Origin: Eledone cirrhosa
Taxonomy: Eukaryota
Assembly (NCBI GenBank): GCA_964016885.1
Contig: OZ024743.1
Span: 166,718,001 to 166,782,000 of the forward strand
Reading direction: 5' to 3'
DNA length: 64,000 nucleotides
Part shown: positions 37,607 to 54,597 of the stretch, piece after piece
Layout of the letters: the number at the start of each line of letters is the position of its first letter
How positions within the stretch are numbered: position 1 is the first letter of the stretch
Notes under the pieces: generated by a model
What the model was told of the DNA's origin: nothing
Seen by the model: the letters and a program-made list of their open reading frames with translations, nothing else
Database searches by the model: none
Program-made: the position numbers and the translations under genes

Positions 37607-38335
37607 TTCTTGTCTCCGGCTCTGCGCATGTGTTTGCGCGTGTGTATAATGTTTGATGTGTGTGTTCGCGTTTGAGTGTATGTGTTTTTGTTTTTGTATT
37701 CTATCGTTGTTCATTAGTGTGTGTTTATATGTGTTTGTTGTTGTACTTGTGTATATATATATATATTTATTTATTTATATTTCCCTTAAGTCAGTATTGT
37801 TTGTTTGGGTATGGTTGTTGTTGTTATTCCATTCGTTTTTTTCTGTTTAACTTTGGTCTTCTTAGCTCTATCTCAGTTGCTTCTCTGATTTGTCTACCTG
37901 ATTTATCTATGCTTAGATATTATTTTAATTTCTATGTTGTCTATATGACCGTCATGTCTTTGTCTGGCGTGTTCATATAGTACTGAACCGTTTTTTTGTG
38001 TCCTTTTAGTGTTCCCCAGTGTTGGTCTATTCTTTCTCCTATGCTTCGAGCTGTCTCGCCTATGTATGTCGTTGTCATGTTTCTGCAAGTACCCTCTGTA
38101 CATCTTATGCCATAGACTACATTTCTAGTTTTACAGTTTATCTGGGGGTTCATTTTTCATATAACACATTTCTTATTTGTACAGTGGGTTTTCTTAAAGG
38201 GGAATATTTTGCTGATCAGGGATTTTATAGTAGTTCCTGGCCTTTCTACCACTTTAATGTTTAGATGGGTCTTTCTTAGGGCCTTTCTACCACTTTAAGT
38301 TTTAGATGGGTCTTTCTTAGGGCCTTTCTACATTG
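36586..38335 (-). mobile_element. PLE 3' fragment (GIY-YIG end + long tail)
   Basis: ORF 37941-38153 has NCKTRNVVYGIRCTEGTC..YIGETARSIGERIDQH. There is a 42-bp tandem duplication at 38239-38330. The tail end is shared with 41711-41826. Continuity of the tail is inferred. Confidence 0.7.
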
Positions 38336-38599
38336 CTTAGCTAATTTCCCTCCAGGGGTAGCATCTACGAACAAAAACCTTGCAAAACTAATTCATCACC
38401 GTCACGGCATTAGTTTGTGCCAAGCTGAAAGGTTATTGAAAAACACTGTTTTCTGTTATATAAAAACTACAATAAAAACAGAACAAATTCGCTTCTTAAA
38501 ACACTGTTTCCTTCAAAATATATACGGTAAACATCTTAAAACAAGTAAATAATTTACTACTAAACAAAACACAAGCCGAACGCCTAAAAGGCACGTTAA

Positions 38600-38850
38600 C
38601 AGTCAATAGAAATATTATAATTACGAATATCTGCTCCTTTTTGTTGAGCTGACATGTATAAAATTACCGGTATATTGATCAAAGATTATCTTCCTTTGTC
38701 TTTAAAGAACATCCCTATCGCATCTTTTGAATCATGTGGTTTAAAAATAAATAAAAGCCCACCACACAATACTTTACTTAACTCATTTGAAAATGACCTA
38801 GTAACACTAGTTAAAAGAATTAAATACAGAAAACATTACAATAAGAAGAA
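38600..38850 (+). mobile_element. Possible degraded PLE N-terminal coding fragment
   Basis: GLKINKSPP..LNSFENDLVTLVKRIKYRK resembles pre-RT regions of YRDD-type PLEs. Confidence 0.35.
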
Positions 38851-39088
38851 CAATTTATTGCGTATTACAATTGTTTCCCCGGCGAACAGCTCGGGGTGCA
38901 TTCTGAATAAATAAGAATAACAAGTAACTTTTATATACAATTGATAAATAATCAATAATAATTTATAATTTATAAATATTAATTTATAACACCATTTAAT
39001 GAATGCCAATTTTTAATAGATAATAAACAATAATTTATAATAATAAAACAACCCTTTTATATATATTATATATATATATTATATATAT

Positions 39089-39146
<58 letters not shown>

Positions 39147-39212
39147 ATATATATATATATATATTATATATTATATATATATATATAATATATATAATAT
39201 ATATAAAAGGGT

Positions 39213-39262
<50 letters not shown>

Positions 39263-39370
39263 ATATATATACATATATATATATAATATATATATATGTA
39301 TATATATATATATACAACCCTTTTATATATATTATATATATTATATATATATATATATTATATATATATA

Positions 39371-39543
39371 ATTGTTTCTACTTTAGGCACAAGGCCAGTA
39401 ATTACCCAGTGCATTACTGGTACTTTATTTTATCGACCCCGTAAGGATTAAAGGCAAAGTCAACCTCGGCGGGATCTGAACTCAGATCGTAAAGGGACGT
39501 AACTATGCTGGAAAGCATGGCGTCCGACCCTCTACCGATACTG
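39371..39543 (-). mobile_element. tRNA-derived SINE copy
   Basis: Reverse complement of the 5641-5830 family. Confidence 0.88.
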
Positions 39544-39736
39544 AATAGATATAAACGTGCCGACACACACACACACACACATACACATACGCACACATGC
39601 ATTGCCCACTGATGGGCACATACATATTTGTACACAAGTATTCCCATACGGCAGGGCCTAATGGATTCCCCTTGCAGTACGTACAATCTGGACACTCACA
39701 CACACCTTGGTGTTATGACAATACTATACATCATTT

Positions 39737-40378
39737 CGGCATAGGTTAATTATAACGTTCGAGAAAGTGAAAGTCAATTTTCTGACAAGTGAATGTTTTT
39801 TGTTTTTTTTTACATTGAAATTTACGATACAGTTTGTTTATTTACAACAGGTCTCTATAGTGATATGGTGTTAATTAGTATTGCGTGTGTGATTATTTTC
39901 TCTTATATATATATGTGTGGGTGTGTATATGTGTGTATATATATGTGTGTCTGTATGTATATATATATGTGTGTTTGTATATATATATATGTGTTTGTGT
40001 CATCATCATCGTTTAGATGTTTTTACCCAAATCCCTTATCATTCTCTGTCCTTCTTATGACCCGGCCTTAATTTGTTTATAGTTGGTGCCAACTTTGGCA
40101 AGATATTACAAAAACATCTAAACGATGATGATGACACAAACACACATATATATATACATACAGACACACATATATAATACACACAAATACACACCCACAC
40201 ATATATATATAAGAGAAAATAATCACACACGCAATACTAATTCACACCATATCACTATAGAGACCTGTTGTAAATAAACAAACTGTATCGTAAATTTCAA
40301 TGTAAAAAAACAAAAAAACACATTCACTTGTCAGAAAAATGACTTTCACTTTCTCGAACGTTATAATTAACCTATGCC
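39737..40378. repeat. Inverted repeat, arms about 39737-40030 and 40105-40378
   Basis: ggcataggttaattataacgttcgag..acatctaaac is mirrored with few differences. Confidence 0.85.
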
Positions 40379-40599
40379 CATCATTTCACCCCTTTTTTAT
40401 TATTAATGTTTTTGATGTTCTTTTGAGAGAATCGTTTTTGCAAATTACTGAAAATATCGAATAATGTACACCATTTTTACCAGTATCACAAAAATACTGG
40501 TCCATCCACACACACACACACACACACGCATATACACACACACACACAAACAGACATACACACACACACACACTTCTCCGTATAAGACAAGAGCTGAAA

Positions 40600-40950
<351 letters not shown>

Positions 40951-41419
40951 CTTATTTTTCAGTGACTTCTCAATCAGGCGAAAAAGGACACTCGTCGACA
41001 AACCTACATTTGGCGCAAAATCAATTTTTAGCATTCACGTGATCTCTGCCGACCACTCAAAATTGTTTTGACTACAAGAATTTCTGCAACACGAATTGGC
41101 GCGAAATTTATAGTACTCATTCACGTGACATTCAACAACCAACCAAATCTTAATACCCCTGAAGCCACTTTTTTCACATAAAACAGGAAGAATTTCCCAA
41201 ACTGATCAAATTAGAGCAAACATCACGGGCGCTCTATCTCAAAATTATTTTTGAAAAGCATTAGAAATGCGCAACCGGTAAAAACTTAAAACTAAAACTG
41301 AATACTAACCAATACTTATTACTAATTTATACTTATTCCTAATTAAACTATTTGTCACTGGGAAAAATTTGTCAGCATTTTCTTTTCCTTTTATCATAAC
41401 TCGTGTGTTACACCTCTAT

Positions 41420-41499
<80 letters not shown>

Positions 41500-41534
41500 T
41501 ATATTATATATATATTATATATATATTATATATA

Positions 41535-41566
<32 letters not shown>

Positions 41567-41710
41567 TGTTATACTTTGGGGGGGTCATGTTGCCAATATT
41601 ATGCTAAACAAATTCAGAAACGATATATATAACGGACGAATTGTGGTAAGGAACCAGATGGACCATAACGCACCAGAGTACTCAATACTTAGGGTAGTAG
41701 AGTGGGTAAT

Positions 41711-41822
41711 AGGAGAGAGTATGACCCCGACGGCAGAGCCCAAGCCGTTTCTACGGCTATTTCTGGACTGAGTCCAGAAATACCCGTCGAAACAGCTTGA
41801 GCTCTGCCGTCGGGGTCATACT

Positions 41823-41826
<4 letters not shown>
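41711..41826. repeat. Fold-back palindrome of a PLE tail
   Basis: gagtatgaccccgacggcagagc..tggact-g-agtcca..gctctgccgtcggggtcatactc. Confidence 0.88.
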
Positions 41827-41888
<62 letters not shown>

Positions 41889-41954
41889 GGTCCCGGGTTG
41901 AGTCGGGGATAACCACAGTAAGTAAGGTACTCAATACATGGCAGAGTAAAATTT

Positions 41955-42055
41955 TTTTATTTTATAGAAGGAGCTTCTACAGGACTAGTACTGTTTCATT
42001 CATCTGAATGAAACAGTACTAGTCCTGTAGAAGCTCCTTCTATAAAATAAAAATA
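41955..42055. repeat. Perfect fold-back palindrome containing an HHR 3' half
   Basis: ttttatagaaggagcttctacaggactagtactgtttcattca-tc-tgaatGAAAcagtactaGTCctgtagaagctccttctataaaa. Confidence 0.9.
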
Positions 42056-45720
<3,665 letters not shown>

Positions 45721-45868
45721 CAAAATTATTAAAGAGCATACATCAATTATTAATTATGTCGAAATTCACCTTACGGTTCTTATATATTTGATATATATTT
45801 ATCTTTATCGAGCCCTCTTTGGATTTTAGTCTTCAAATTTATTATTATTACTATATATATATATATTA

Positions 45869-46004
<136 letters not shown>

Positions 46005-46079
46005 TGGTGGTGCTATTAAGTTAGACATGGCCTGGGCTAATACTGGCCGAAACCTATTAAAGTTATCAAAGTTAAAGTT

Positions 46080-46198
<119 letters not shown>

Positions 46199-46202
46199 TA
46201 TA

Positions 46203-46852
46203 AGAGAGTATTGAACTTTGCTTGAAGCATTGTGGAATAATAAGATATATTTTCTTTAGGTCGTTTTGGAAGCCTCAACAATGCAGATGGGTAATTCTCC
46301 GGGTAACAAGATCCAGTGGTGAAGAGAGAGATGTAACTGAATGTAGAATGAGATGTATAGTGTGTAGAAGAACTTAGGAAAGAGCGTAAAAAATAAAAAT
46401 AATAACACGAGATAGAGTTACCTTGGGAGAGATTTAATTGTCCCTATATTTCGGATTCATATCCATCAACTGGGGGGTTTTCCGGTGGCGGGGAGGTTAT
46501 CTGTCGGATAGGTGCGATACGTGTCCTCCGCCGTTCGTTGTTTTGAATATCTGAGGTATTCAGCAGAGCGCGCGCGCGCGTGAAATGGGGTCGGCGGCCG
46601 AAATAGTTCTTTTAATTGTGGGATGGGAGTGGGGTGGTGTTAGCTGTTAATCCATTGTATTATCTACCCATGCTGGTTTCTGTATTAGCAGTGTTGAATA
46701 GTGTGTGGTGGTGGTAGTATTCCCTGCCTGTTTGGTGAATTCTACTGTGTGTGTGTACATGTGTTGTTGTCTCGCTTGTGTGTGTGTGTGCGCGTGTGTT
46801 TTTGCCTCGTTTGTCTGTATTAGCAGTGTAGTATATTCGTATGGTGGAATGC

Positions 46853-46947
<95 letters not shown>

Positions 46948-49195
46948 CGTTTGTTGCTGTCTCGTTTGTGGGTGCGTGTGTTGTTGCTTCGTTTGTTTAT
47001 TTAAACCAACCACCTCATTTCGCTTCTCTCGGATCTGTTATTTATTTGTGGCTCTAGGCGTTTGATCCAAAGTGCTTCCTTGATTCGTAATGTGCTGACG
47101 TTTCGTTCCGTCGCTAGAACTGTGACAATGGGCCTTACGTCTTTGTTTCCGCATTTGGTTATGTGTTTCCGGAAAGACCAGGCCCTGGTGTTGATCTGCT
47201 CCTTGATCCGGGTGTGTAGCGGCCGGATTGTGCTACCTATATAGTAGTGGTTGCACGTATTACATTCTACCTTATACACGACGTATGTGCGTAGGCAACA
47301 GTTCGTATGGCACATCGGGCAGTTTCTGAGGGAGCACGCGTCAGTCTATTTCCCGGGTTTCCTGGAGAGGCATCTTCGCATGGAGGGGCCCGAGTGGGCC
47401 AGGTGGATGTCGAGGCCCTCCCGCCGTATAGCCTTGCGGTTAGCGTTGGTGGTATTCTCGCCCAGGTGTGGTATTTTAAGGAAGCACTTGCCTTGGGTGT
47501 TTCTCTGCCTCTTGCGTCTGGTGTCTCTTATTATGTTTGTGAGTGAGGCAGGATACCCGTTCGTCTCCAGCACTTTGAGGAATCGCTTTGTATGGGTGAC
47601 ACCACTCGCGGGATCGCTGCATCTGTTTTTAATTCGCGTGATCTCGTTCGTGATGTACCCTCTTTTAGCACTGTTAGCGAGGGCGGACTTGTAGTGGACG
47701 AACAGGTCCCTGCAGGCCACCTTGCGGTAAAAGTTGGTGTGGATCCCTCCCTGTTCCGTGATGTTGATTCGGAAGTCGAGGAGGGCAAGTGACCCATCGT
47801 CGTTAGGGTGTTCAACACTGAAATCAATCTTCTCGTCCGTGTTGTTGAACGTCTCATAGATTCTGTTCGCCATCTCTTGGGAAGATGTGAGGATGAGGAT
47901 GTCGTCCACGTACCTTGAGAAAAAGGCGACGGCGTTGGGGTGGCAGGTGTTGAGTGCCTTGTGCTCGAGGCTGTCCATGTATAAGATCGCTAGCACACCC
48001 GACAGGCTTGAGCCCATGGACAGTCCCGAGGTTTGCCGGTATGTTTGGCCGAGAAATTCGAAGTATGTGTTGTCAACAACGATGGATAGGAGTTGGTGGA
48101 TGTCAGTGGGGGTGGGCCCGAAGCAGTGTAGGTCGGTAGATTGGACGCGTTCCATCAGTATATTAACGGCCGGAAGTCCCGGGACCGAGGTGTAAAGAGC
48201 GACCACATCAAGGCTGAAGGCATATGTGTTAGCCTTTTTGGTGTCGGGATCAATTTGATGCAAGCGCTCCAACACCTCCTCGGAGCTGTTTACGTGTCCC
48301 GGCAAGGTGTCTAGGATGGGTTTGAGTATTCTGGCTAGGAGCCATGAATTTTTGTAGAGCGGTCCTTCCACGCTCGATATGATGGGTCTGATCTTCAGGT
48401 CGGGTCTCTGTTTGTGTGTTTTCACGAGGTGGTAGAAGGCGGGTAGTCTGCTGTTCCTCGTGAGGAGGTTGTATCTGAGCTTCTTCGGGAGCTTCCGCCG
48501 GACACAGATGTTGGTCCAGGCGGCGGTGATGTGCTCCTCTATCTGCGCGGGAGTGATTCCTGCGACTTTGCAGTAGAGGTTGTTATCGACAAGGTGTTGG
48601 AGGGCCAGGGTGTTGTATGCCTCTCTTCTGATGACGCAGAATTCTTTTCCCTTGTCGGAGGGGAGATAGATGAGGTTCTTCGATTTCAGGTTGGAGAGAG
48701 TGGTGAGTTGAGATTTGGTGAGGTTGTGTGTTGTGCGTGTGTGATTGTGTAGGATATCAGAGATGGAGTATTTTAATCTGATGAGTTTAGTGTCGAGTTC
48801 GTGGTTGGTAGGTGGGGTGGGGTGGTGGAGTGGGTTGTCGGGGTGATAAGTGGGGAACTTAGGGTCGGTTGCGTGGGCGCTGTTATTTTCCGTGGCGCTG
48901 TTGATGGCGGTCACCCATTTAAGTTGTTAAGCGGCTCGACAGAAGTTGGCTTCGATGTCGAGTTTGAGTCTGTCGTCCAGTCGTTGTGAGACGATGAACT
49001 TGGGTCCGAGGCGTAGGAGTTTCAGCTCGTCGCTCGTGAGAGTACCGGTTAGGTCGGTGACCAGGTGCGTCGCATCGTTGAGGTGTGGCTCGGTGTTGGT
49101 GGATGCGGCGGCGGCGGTTGTTACGTTGTTGTTTTCCACGTGGTTCTGGTCTGTCTGTTTGTTAGTGTCGGTGTTCTCGTTGTGGGGTTTAGACA
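46203..49195 (-). mobile_element. Penelope-like element, most of ORF (RT + GIY-YIG) and 3' tail
   Basis: ORF 47346-48914 has PSDKG, LVKTHK, RPIIS, SLDVVALYT, GLSMGSSLS and RYVDD. Frameshifted GIY-YIG at 47001-47315. Same family as 1-1812. Confidence 0.94.
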
Positions 49196-49199
49196 AGAT

Positions 49200-49965
49200 C
49201 CACTCATACCACCCCGACAACCCACTCCACCACCCCACCCACCAACCACGAACTCGACACTAAACTCATCAGGCTAAAACACTCCATCTCGGATATTCTT
49301 CACAAACACACACACACGCACAACCTCACTAAATCTCAACTCACCACTCTCTCCAACCTGAAATCGAAGAACCTCATCTATCTCCCCTCCGACAAGGGAA
49401 AAGAATTCTGCGTCATCAGCAGAGAGGCCTACAACACCCTGGCCCTCCAACACCTTGACGATAACAACCTCTACTCCAAGGTCACGGGAATCACTCCCGC
49501 GCAGATAGAGGAGCAAATCAACGCCGCCTGGACCAACATCTGTGTCCGGCAGAAGCTCCCGAAGAAGCTCAGATACAACCTCCTCACGAGGAACAGCAGA
49601 CTACCCGCCTTCTACCACCTCGTGAAAACACACAAACAGGGACCCGACCTGAAGATCAGACCCATTCTATCGTGGAAGGACCGCTCTACAAAAATTCATG
49701 GCTCCTAGCCAGAATACTCAAACCCATTCTAGACACCTTGCCGGGACACGTAAACAGCTCCGAGGAGGTGATGGAGCGCCTGCATCAAATGGATCCCGAC
49801 ACCAGAGAGGCTAACAGATATACCTTCAGCCTTGATGTAGTCGCTCTTTACACCTCGGTCCCGGGACTTCCGGCCGTTAATATACTGATGGAACGCGCCC
49901 AATCTACCGACCTACACTGCTTCGGGCCCACCACCACTGACATCCACCAACTCCTATCCATCGTT
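49200..49965 (+). mobile_element. Inverted partial copy of the same PLE RT region
   Basis: Reverse complement of about 48080-48850 with scattered substitutions. Confidence 0.92.
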
Positions 49966-50820
49966 GCACACGAACACACACCATCACACCCACACACACC
50001 CACACCTATGTACACCACCCACTCCATACACCCAACCACCACTAACCCCCACATACACACCCGCTTTCAACCCTTTCCCCACCACCAGTATTCTAACACC
50101 CACTAACACCCCTTTTATCACACACACACTCATCCAAACACGCACACACACACCAGTACACTACACTGCCTCCTCCGTCACCAACACCTCTTTTCTCCCT
50201 CTCTCTCTCTCCCTCTCCCCGCTCCACCTAACCCCTTCACACACCCACATCCCACTAACACCTCTACTAATATACACCCCATCCCCCACATCACCCCCTC
50301 CCTTCACACCTACCTATCCTCTCCCCTGTCCACCACACCTCCGCACACACAGACACACACACACAGTCCTCACCGCACTGACCGTTTCTCCACTTGTCAT
50401 CCTCCTCTACTGCTATCTCTTCACCCTTCCTTGACCCTCTGACCACTTTCTGTTGCGCGCGCACCCCATTTCCCTCCACTTCCGACTACCACCAACATTG
50501 GATTCTACACCACCGGTCATCGTTCCAGCTATCCACTCTGTAACATGAAACAAATCCAGCAACTCCTCGCACACTTCACGGAACTACCTTAGGAACTTAC
50601 CCACGAACAAACACTCACATTTTTTTCGCACCACGCCACCAACATGCACACCACGTATAAACACAAACACACACGTGCGTACCCCCACATATACACACTC
50701 AGCCTCCGGAATCCCCCCCTGACCCCTCTCCTTCCACAGGCACGCACACACCGACTTACACCCCACCTCACGATCACACCTTTTCCTGAACATGGAACCT
50801 CGTTCTTCCCCCAACTCTCA

Positions 50821-50907
<87 letters not shown>

Positions 50908-51146
50908 ACACCTACACACATACACAAACACCACCTTCAGCCTTCCCCGCTTCGACCCCCCTCCCTCTCCCAACTCCACCCGCCACCAGCCTTACACGCC
51001 TCACACCCTTCCACCACTTGTTCATTTTATTGTTTATTTTTATGTTTATTTTTATGTTTATTTTAATTTTTATTTGTTCTCCTTCCCCCTTTGTTCTAAA
51101 TGTCTTTCCACCCCTTATCTACACACCCTCGGAACTCTCTTCCTAC

Positions 51147-51176
51147 CCTGAAGAAGGGCTTATGCCCGAAACGTCG
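51147..51176 (+). ncRNA. Minimal hammerhead-like motif (stem I degenerate)
   Basis: c-CTGAAGA-a-gggc-ttat-gccc-GAAA-cg-TC-g, with AATAAA about 28 nt downstream. Only 1 bp of stem I is evident. Confidence 0.6.
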
Positions 51177-51230
51177 CCCCCCCCCTCTCAAGAGCGTGAA
51201 CCTAATAAACCTTTATTATATATATATATA

Positions 51231-51319
51231 TTTGCCTTTCATCCTTCCGGGGTCGATAGAATAAAGTACCAGTAATGCATTGGGTAATTGCTGACCTTGT
51301 GCCAAAAGTAGAAACAATT
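51231..51319 (+). mobile_element. SINE, 5'-truncated
   Basis: 3' half of the 5641-5830 family. Confidence 0.85.
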
Positions 51320-51356
51320 ATATATATATATATAATAAACCTTCATTATATATATA

Positions 51357-51546
51357 TGGGCGGTGGATTGGCAGTATCGGTAGAGGGCCGGACGCCATGC
51401 TTTCCAGCATAGTTACGTCCCTTTACGATCTGAGTTCAAATCCCGCCGAGGTTGACTTTGCCTTTCATCCTTATGGGGTCGATAAAATAATGTACCAGTA
51501 ATACACTGAGATAATTGCTGGCCTTGTGCCAAAAGTAGAAACAATT
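51357..51546 (+). mobile_element. tRNA-derived SINE, full length
   Basis: A box, B box, central domain and tail as in 5641-5830. Confidence 0.9.
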
Positions 51547-51631
51547 ATATATATATATATATATAACTTTAACTTTGATAACTTTAATAGCTTTAATATG
51601 TTTCCGCTGGAAATACTTCATATATATATAT

Positions 51632-52492
51632 ATAATATAAAATCAAAAGATGGTTAAAGGATTTCCATGTATTTTATTATGCGCATTTCAAAAACAAATA
51701 TCATCATGAGATGATATTTGCGTTCTCATCAGATAAAATAGGGAGACATGATATGAAGCTTAAAAAACACTTGCGAGCAGTGAAGTGTTAAATCAACATA
51801 TGAAAAATAAAATACGATGGATATATGAGATTGGAAAAAAGGAAAGGAAGAGGGGAAGGAAAAGGTAAGGAAGAGGAAGAAAGAATATAGATAGAAGAAA
51901 AAAAATATAATAATAAGGAAAGGATGACGGAGGAGGAGTATAAAAAGGAAGGATGAGAGAGGAGGAGAAAATGGGTGAGAGAGAGATACATAACCTTTAA
52001 TACTGAGAAACACTGTCTCACAGAGAAAAAAATGAAACCGTTGTAAGATAATACATAATTTAAAAAATTAAGAAATTAAAAGTTAATGAGGTTTATGAAT
52101 GGTGATGCTTATGATTAAAGAAAAAGGAATTAAGAATACTATTTATTTAAGGTTTATATATTGAAGGTTTAATAAGATGTGCGAAAAAGAATTTATTAAA
52201 ATGTATTATTAAAATAAAATATATTAAGAAGATAAGGTTAATGAAGATAAGGTTAAATGAATTATGAACTTAGAGGAATTAATTAGGGTCCAAGTTTGTT
52301 TCTATATATTGTAATAGTAAAAAGTAAATAATAGATTTAATACGAGCATGGAAGGGGAGAAGAAAGAAAAAATTCAAGGAAGAAAAAATATTTGATTTTA
52401 TATTATTTATACTCCAGTCCTATAAACTGTTGAGTGTTACTTATCCGATTTTTGCATTGCTTTATTGTGCTACAATAAAACTCACCTCCTAC

Positions 52493-52495
<3 letters not shown>
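51632..52495 (-). mobile_element. PLE tail-only insertion: inverted tail 51632-52391 + sense terminal segment 52392-52495
   Basis: Homologous to 44160-44918 (inverted) and 44903-45005 (direct). (TA)n flanks. Confidence 0.88.
51670..51740 (-). ncRNA. Minimal type-I hammerhead ribozyme (copy of 44811-44881)
   Basis: Core, stems and AUA triplet are intact. Only the stem II loop differs. Confidence 0.88.
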
Positions 52496-52554
<59 letters not shown>

Positions 52555-52559
<5 letters not shown>

Positions 52560-53132
52560 ATACTTTGGGAGGGTCATGTTGCCAATAAGAAACACACGCA
52601 CCAGTTGCTTTCACTTCATAATAAATTAAATTTATAAATTTAAGAATTTATAAATTTCCGGTTGGTTGGTTGGTTCCACAATCAGATGATTGTTCATATA
52701 TTGTCAAAGTTCTTTCGTCACACATTCTGTGACCTCAGTGACTGGGGATTCTTTTCTTTGTTTTTGTGCCTCTCCTTTGTTCTGTCCTACGCCATCTTGT
52801 TTTTGAACACACGCAAAGACAAGATGGCGTAGGACAGAACAAAGGAGAGGCACAAAAACAAAGAAAAGAGTCCCCAGTCACTGAAGAGGTCACAGAATGT
52901 GTGACAAAAGAACTTTGACAATATATGAACAATCATCTGGTTGTGGAACCAACCAACCAATCGGAAATTTATAAATTCCTAAATTTATAAATTTAATTTA
53001 TTATAATAAATTGAAGTGAAAGCAACTGGTGCGTGTGTTTCTTATTGGCAACATGACCCTCCCAATGTATAATAATATCGGTTTCAACACACGTTTTCAG
53101 ATAAAGAATCTTGCTAAAGAAATTCCGAAACG
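52555..53132 (+). mobile_element. PLE tail fold-back insertion with two defective HHR copies
   Basis: Arms 52555-52800 and 52818-53072. The right arm extends about 60 nt further. Same family as 1826-3003. Confidence 0.85.
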
Positions 53133-53603
53133 ATATATATATATATATATATATATAATGAAAACGACTTTTTCTTTTTTTAAATGCATATAATGTTACC
53201 TTTTTACACCAACGTTTGCAAATTTCTGTCTTATATGTTTATACACTAGATATGACTTTCTATAATAATAGTACTAAACACTGTTTTTCTGGACCCCTTT
53301 AGAAATAACCTGCTACTATAATAGCCCTAATAACTTGTCTGTGACATTGTACCACTTTGACCCCTCTAACTAAATTTTGTCCGAACAACACCACTAGAAG
53401 TATCTACTTCCCAGCCAACCTTAGCACGCCTCATTAAGCTAACTGCTGCCAAAACATTCTCTCTTCACAATCTCTACTAGTCTGACAGTCTTAAACCCTA
53501 AGACTCCCTCCACCTTACTCACTTCCCTCTTCCCCTTCTCTTCCTACCTCCTTCTTTATCTTTTATCTAGTGTATAAAATATTTTCATATCATTCTAATA
53601 CAA

Positions 53604-53720
53604 AGGTCTGATGACATGGTGTGTTGGCTTACAGTGTACTTTCGGTTTTTGATAATATTTGTGTATTATTCAAATAGCGAGGTATAGGTAACTCATACAC
53701 TATAGAAACAATTGTTACCT
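53604..53720 (+). ncRNA. Type-I hammerhead ribozyme with about 90-nt stem II
   Basis: aggt-CTGATGA-[53615-53704 long irregular hairpin]-GAAA-caattg-TT-acct, immediately followed by AATAAA. Confidence 0.78.
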
Positions 53721-53963
53721 AATAAATTCTATATACCCGCATTTCCATTTCGTAAATTTTTTTTTCTCTCTATATATATATATATAGATATATATAGATA
53801 TATAAATAAATATACACGGGTGTGTATGATTGTGCATAGAAGATTATATTAATAAAAGGAATTCCAACTTTGTCTGATTTACTCATTTTATTTACAATCC
53901 TTTAAAATTATAATGCTATTGTAATGAAATAGTATGGTAGAATATTAAATGTTAAATGTTAAT

Positions 53964-54002
53964 TGAACAAGTACTTTCATGCTTTCGCAATCTTCAGGTT
54001 CA
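53964..54002 (-). ncRNA. Minimal type-I hammerhead ribozyme
   Basis: tgaac-CTGAAGA-t-tgc-gaaa-gca-t-GAAA-gtac-TT-gttca: 5-bp stem I and palindromic stem III. Confidence 0.82.
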
Positions 54003-54065
54003 TATTCAGTGGTGACAGTCAAGTTTGCAATTTTCAACTGTAATCAGATGGCTAAAATCTGTACC

Positions 54066-54182
54066 TTATATACAGTAAAAAGGGGCTACAGAATGCTAAA
54101 TTTTGCAAACTGTATTTCAACCAATCGGTGTGTGGTTTCACTAGATTACTAAAGCTGATTGGTTTAGGCGTCACGATTGGTT
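54066..54182 (-). promoter_or_regulatory. Putative Pol II promoter in PLE pLTR
   Basis: TATATAA at 54066-54072 (minus), CCAATC boxes at about 54121, 54157 and 54175, and a TGACG half-site at about 54168. Confidence 0.55.
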
Positions 54183-54533
54183 GAGCATGTCTAACGACTT
54201 CTATTTGACCCTATCCAAAGCATCAATTGTTTTGCTACTTTTAGAAATGATGAAAATAGTATTTTCTAGGGTTTTTATAAAAAAATCTTCAGTAATCATC
54301 AATATCAACATCACTTTTATTATTATTATTGTTGTTAGTGGTGGTAGTCGACATGGTCGTAGGCGTAGTTATAGTAGAAGTAATACTCTTAGCATTATTA
54401 TTGTTCATTTAGCTTGGGTTGTAATTTATCAATAAAATTCTTTTCTTTAATTTTTCTCTTGATTTCACTTGGGCTGTGTAGTTTCTAGAATGGAAATATT
54501 ATAAATATTTTCTGACCACATGTTGCTAAATGG

Positions 54534-54597
<64 letters not shown>

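Larger units (their letters stand above)
53815..54535 (-). mobile_element. PLE 3' end: last GIY-YIG codons + pLTR-like tail
   Basis: The minus strand encodes EIKRKIKEKNFIDKLQPKLNEQ*, followed by CCAAT and TATA motifs, an HHR and AATAAA. Confidence 0.75.

Noticed and set aside
38239-38330. Short direct repeats (also 3040-3125, 42715-42950, 61835-62027) as CRISPR-like arrays
   Set aside because: Only 2-3 units with no regular unique spacers, a eukaryotic context and no cas genes. They are local tandem duplications.
41200-41285. CTGATCA..GAAAtgcgca as a hammerhead
   Set aside because: The core has C at position 8, U16.1 is absent and there is no stem I.
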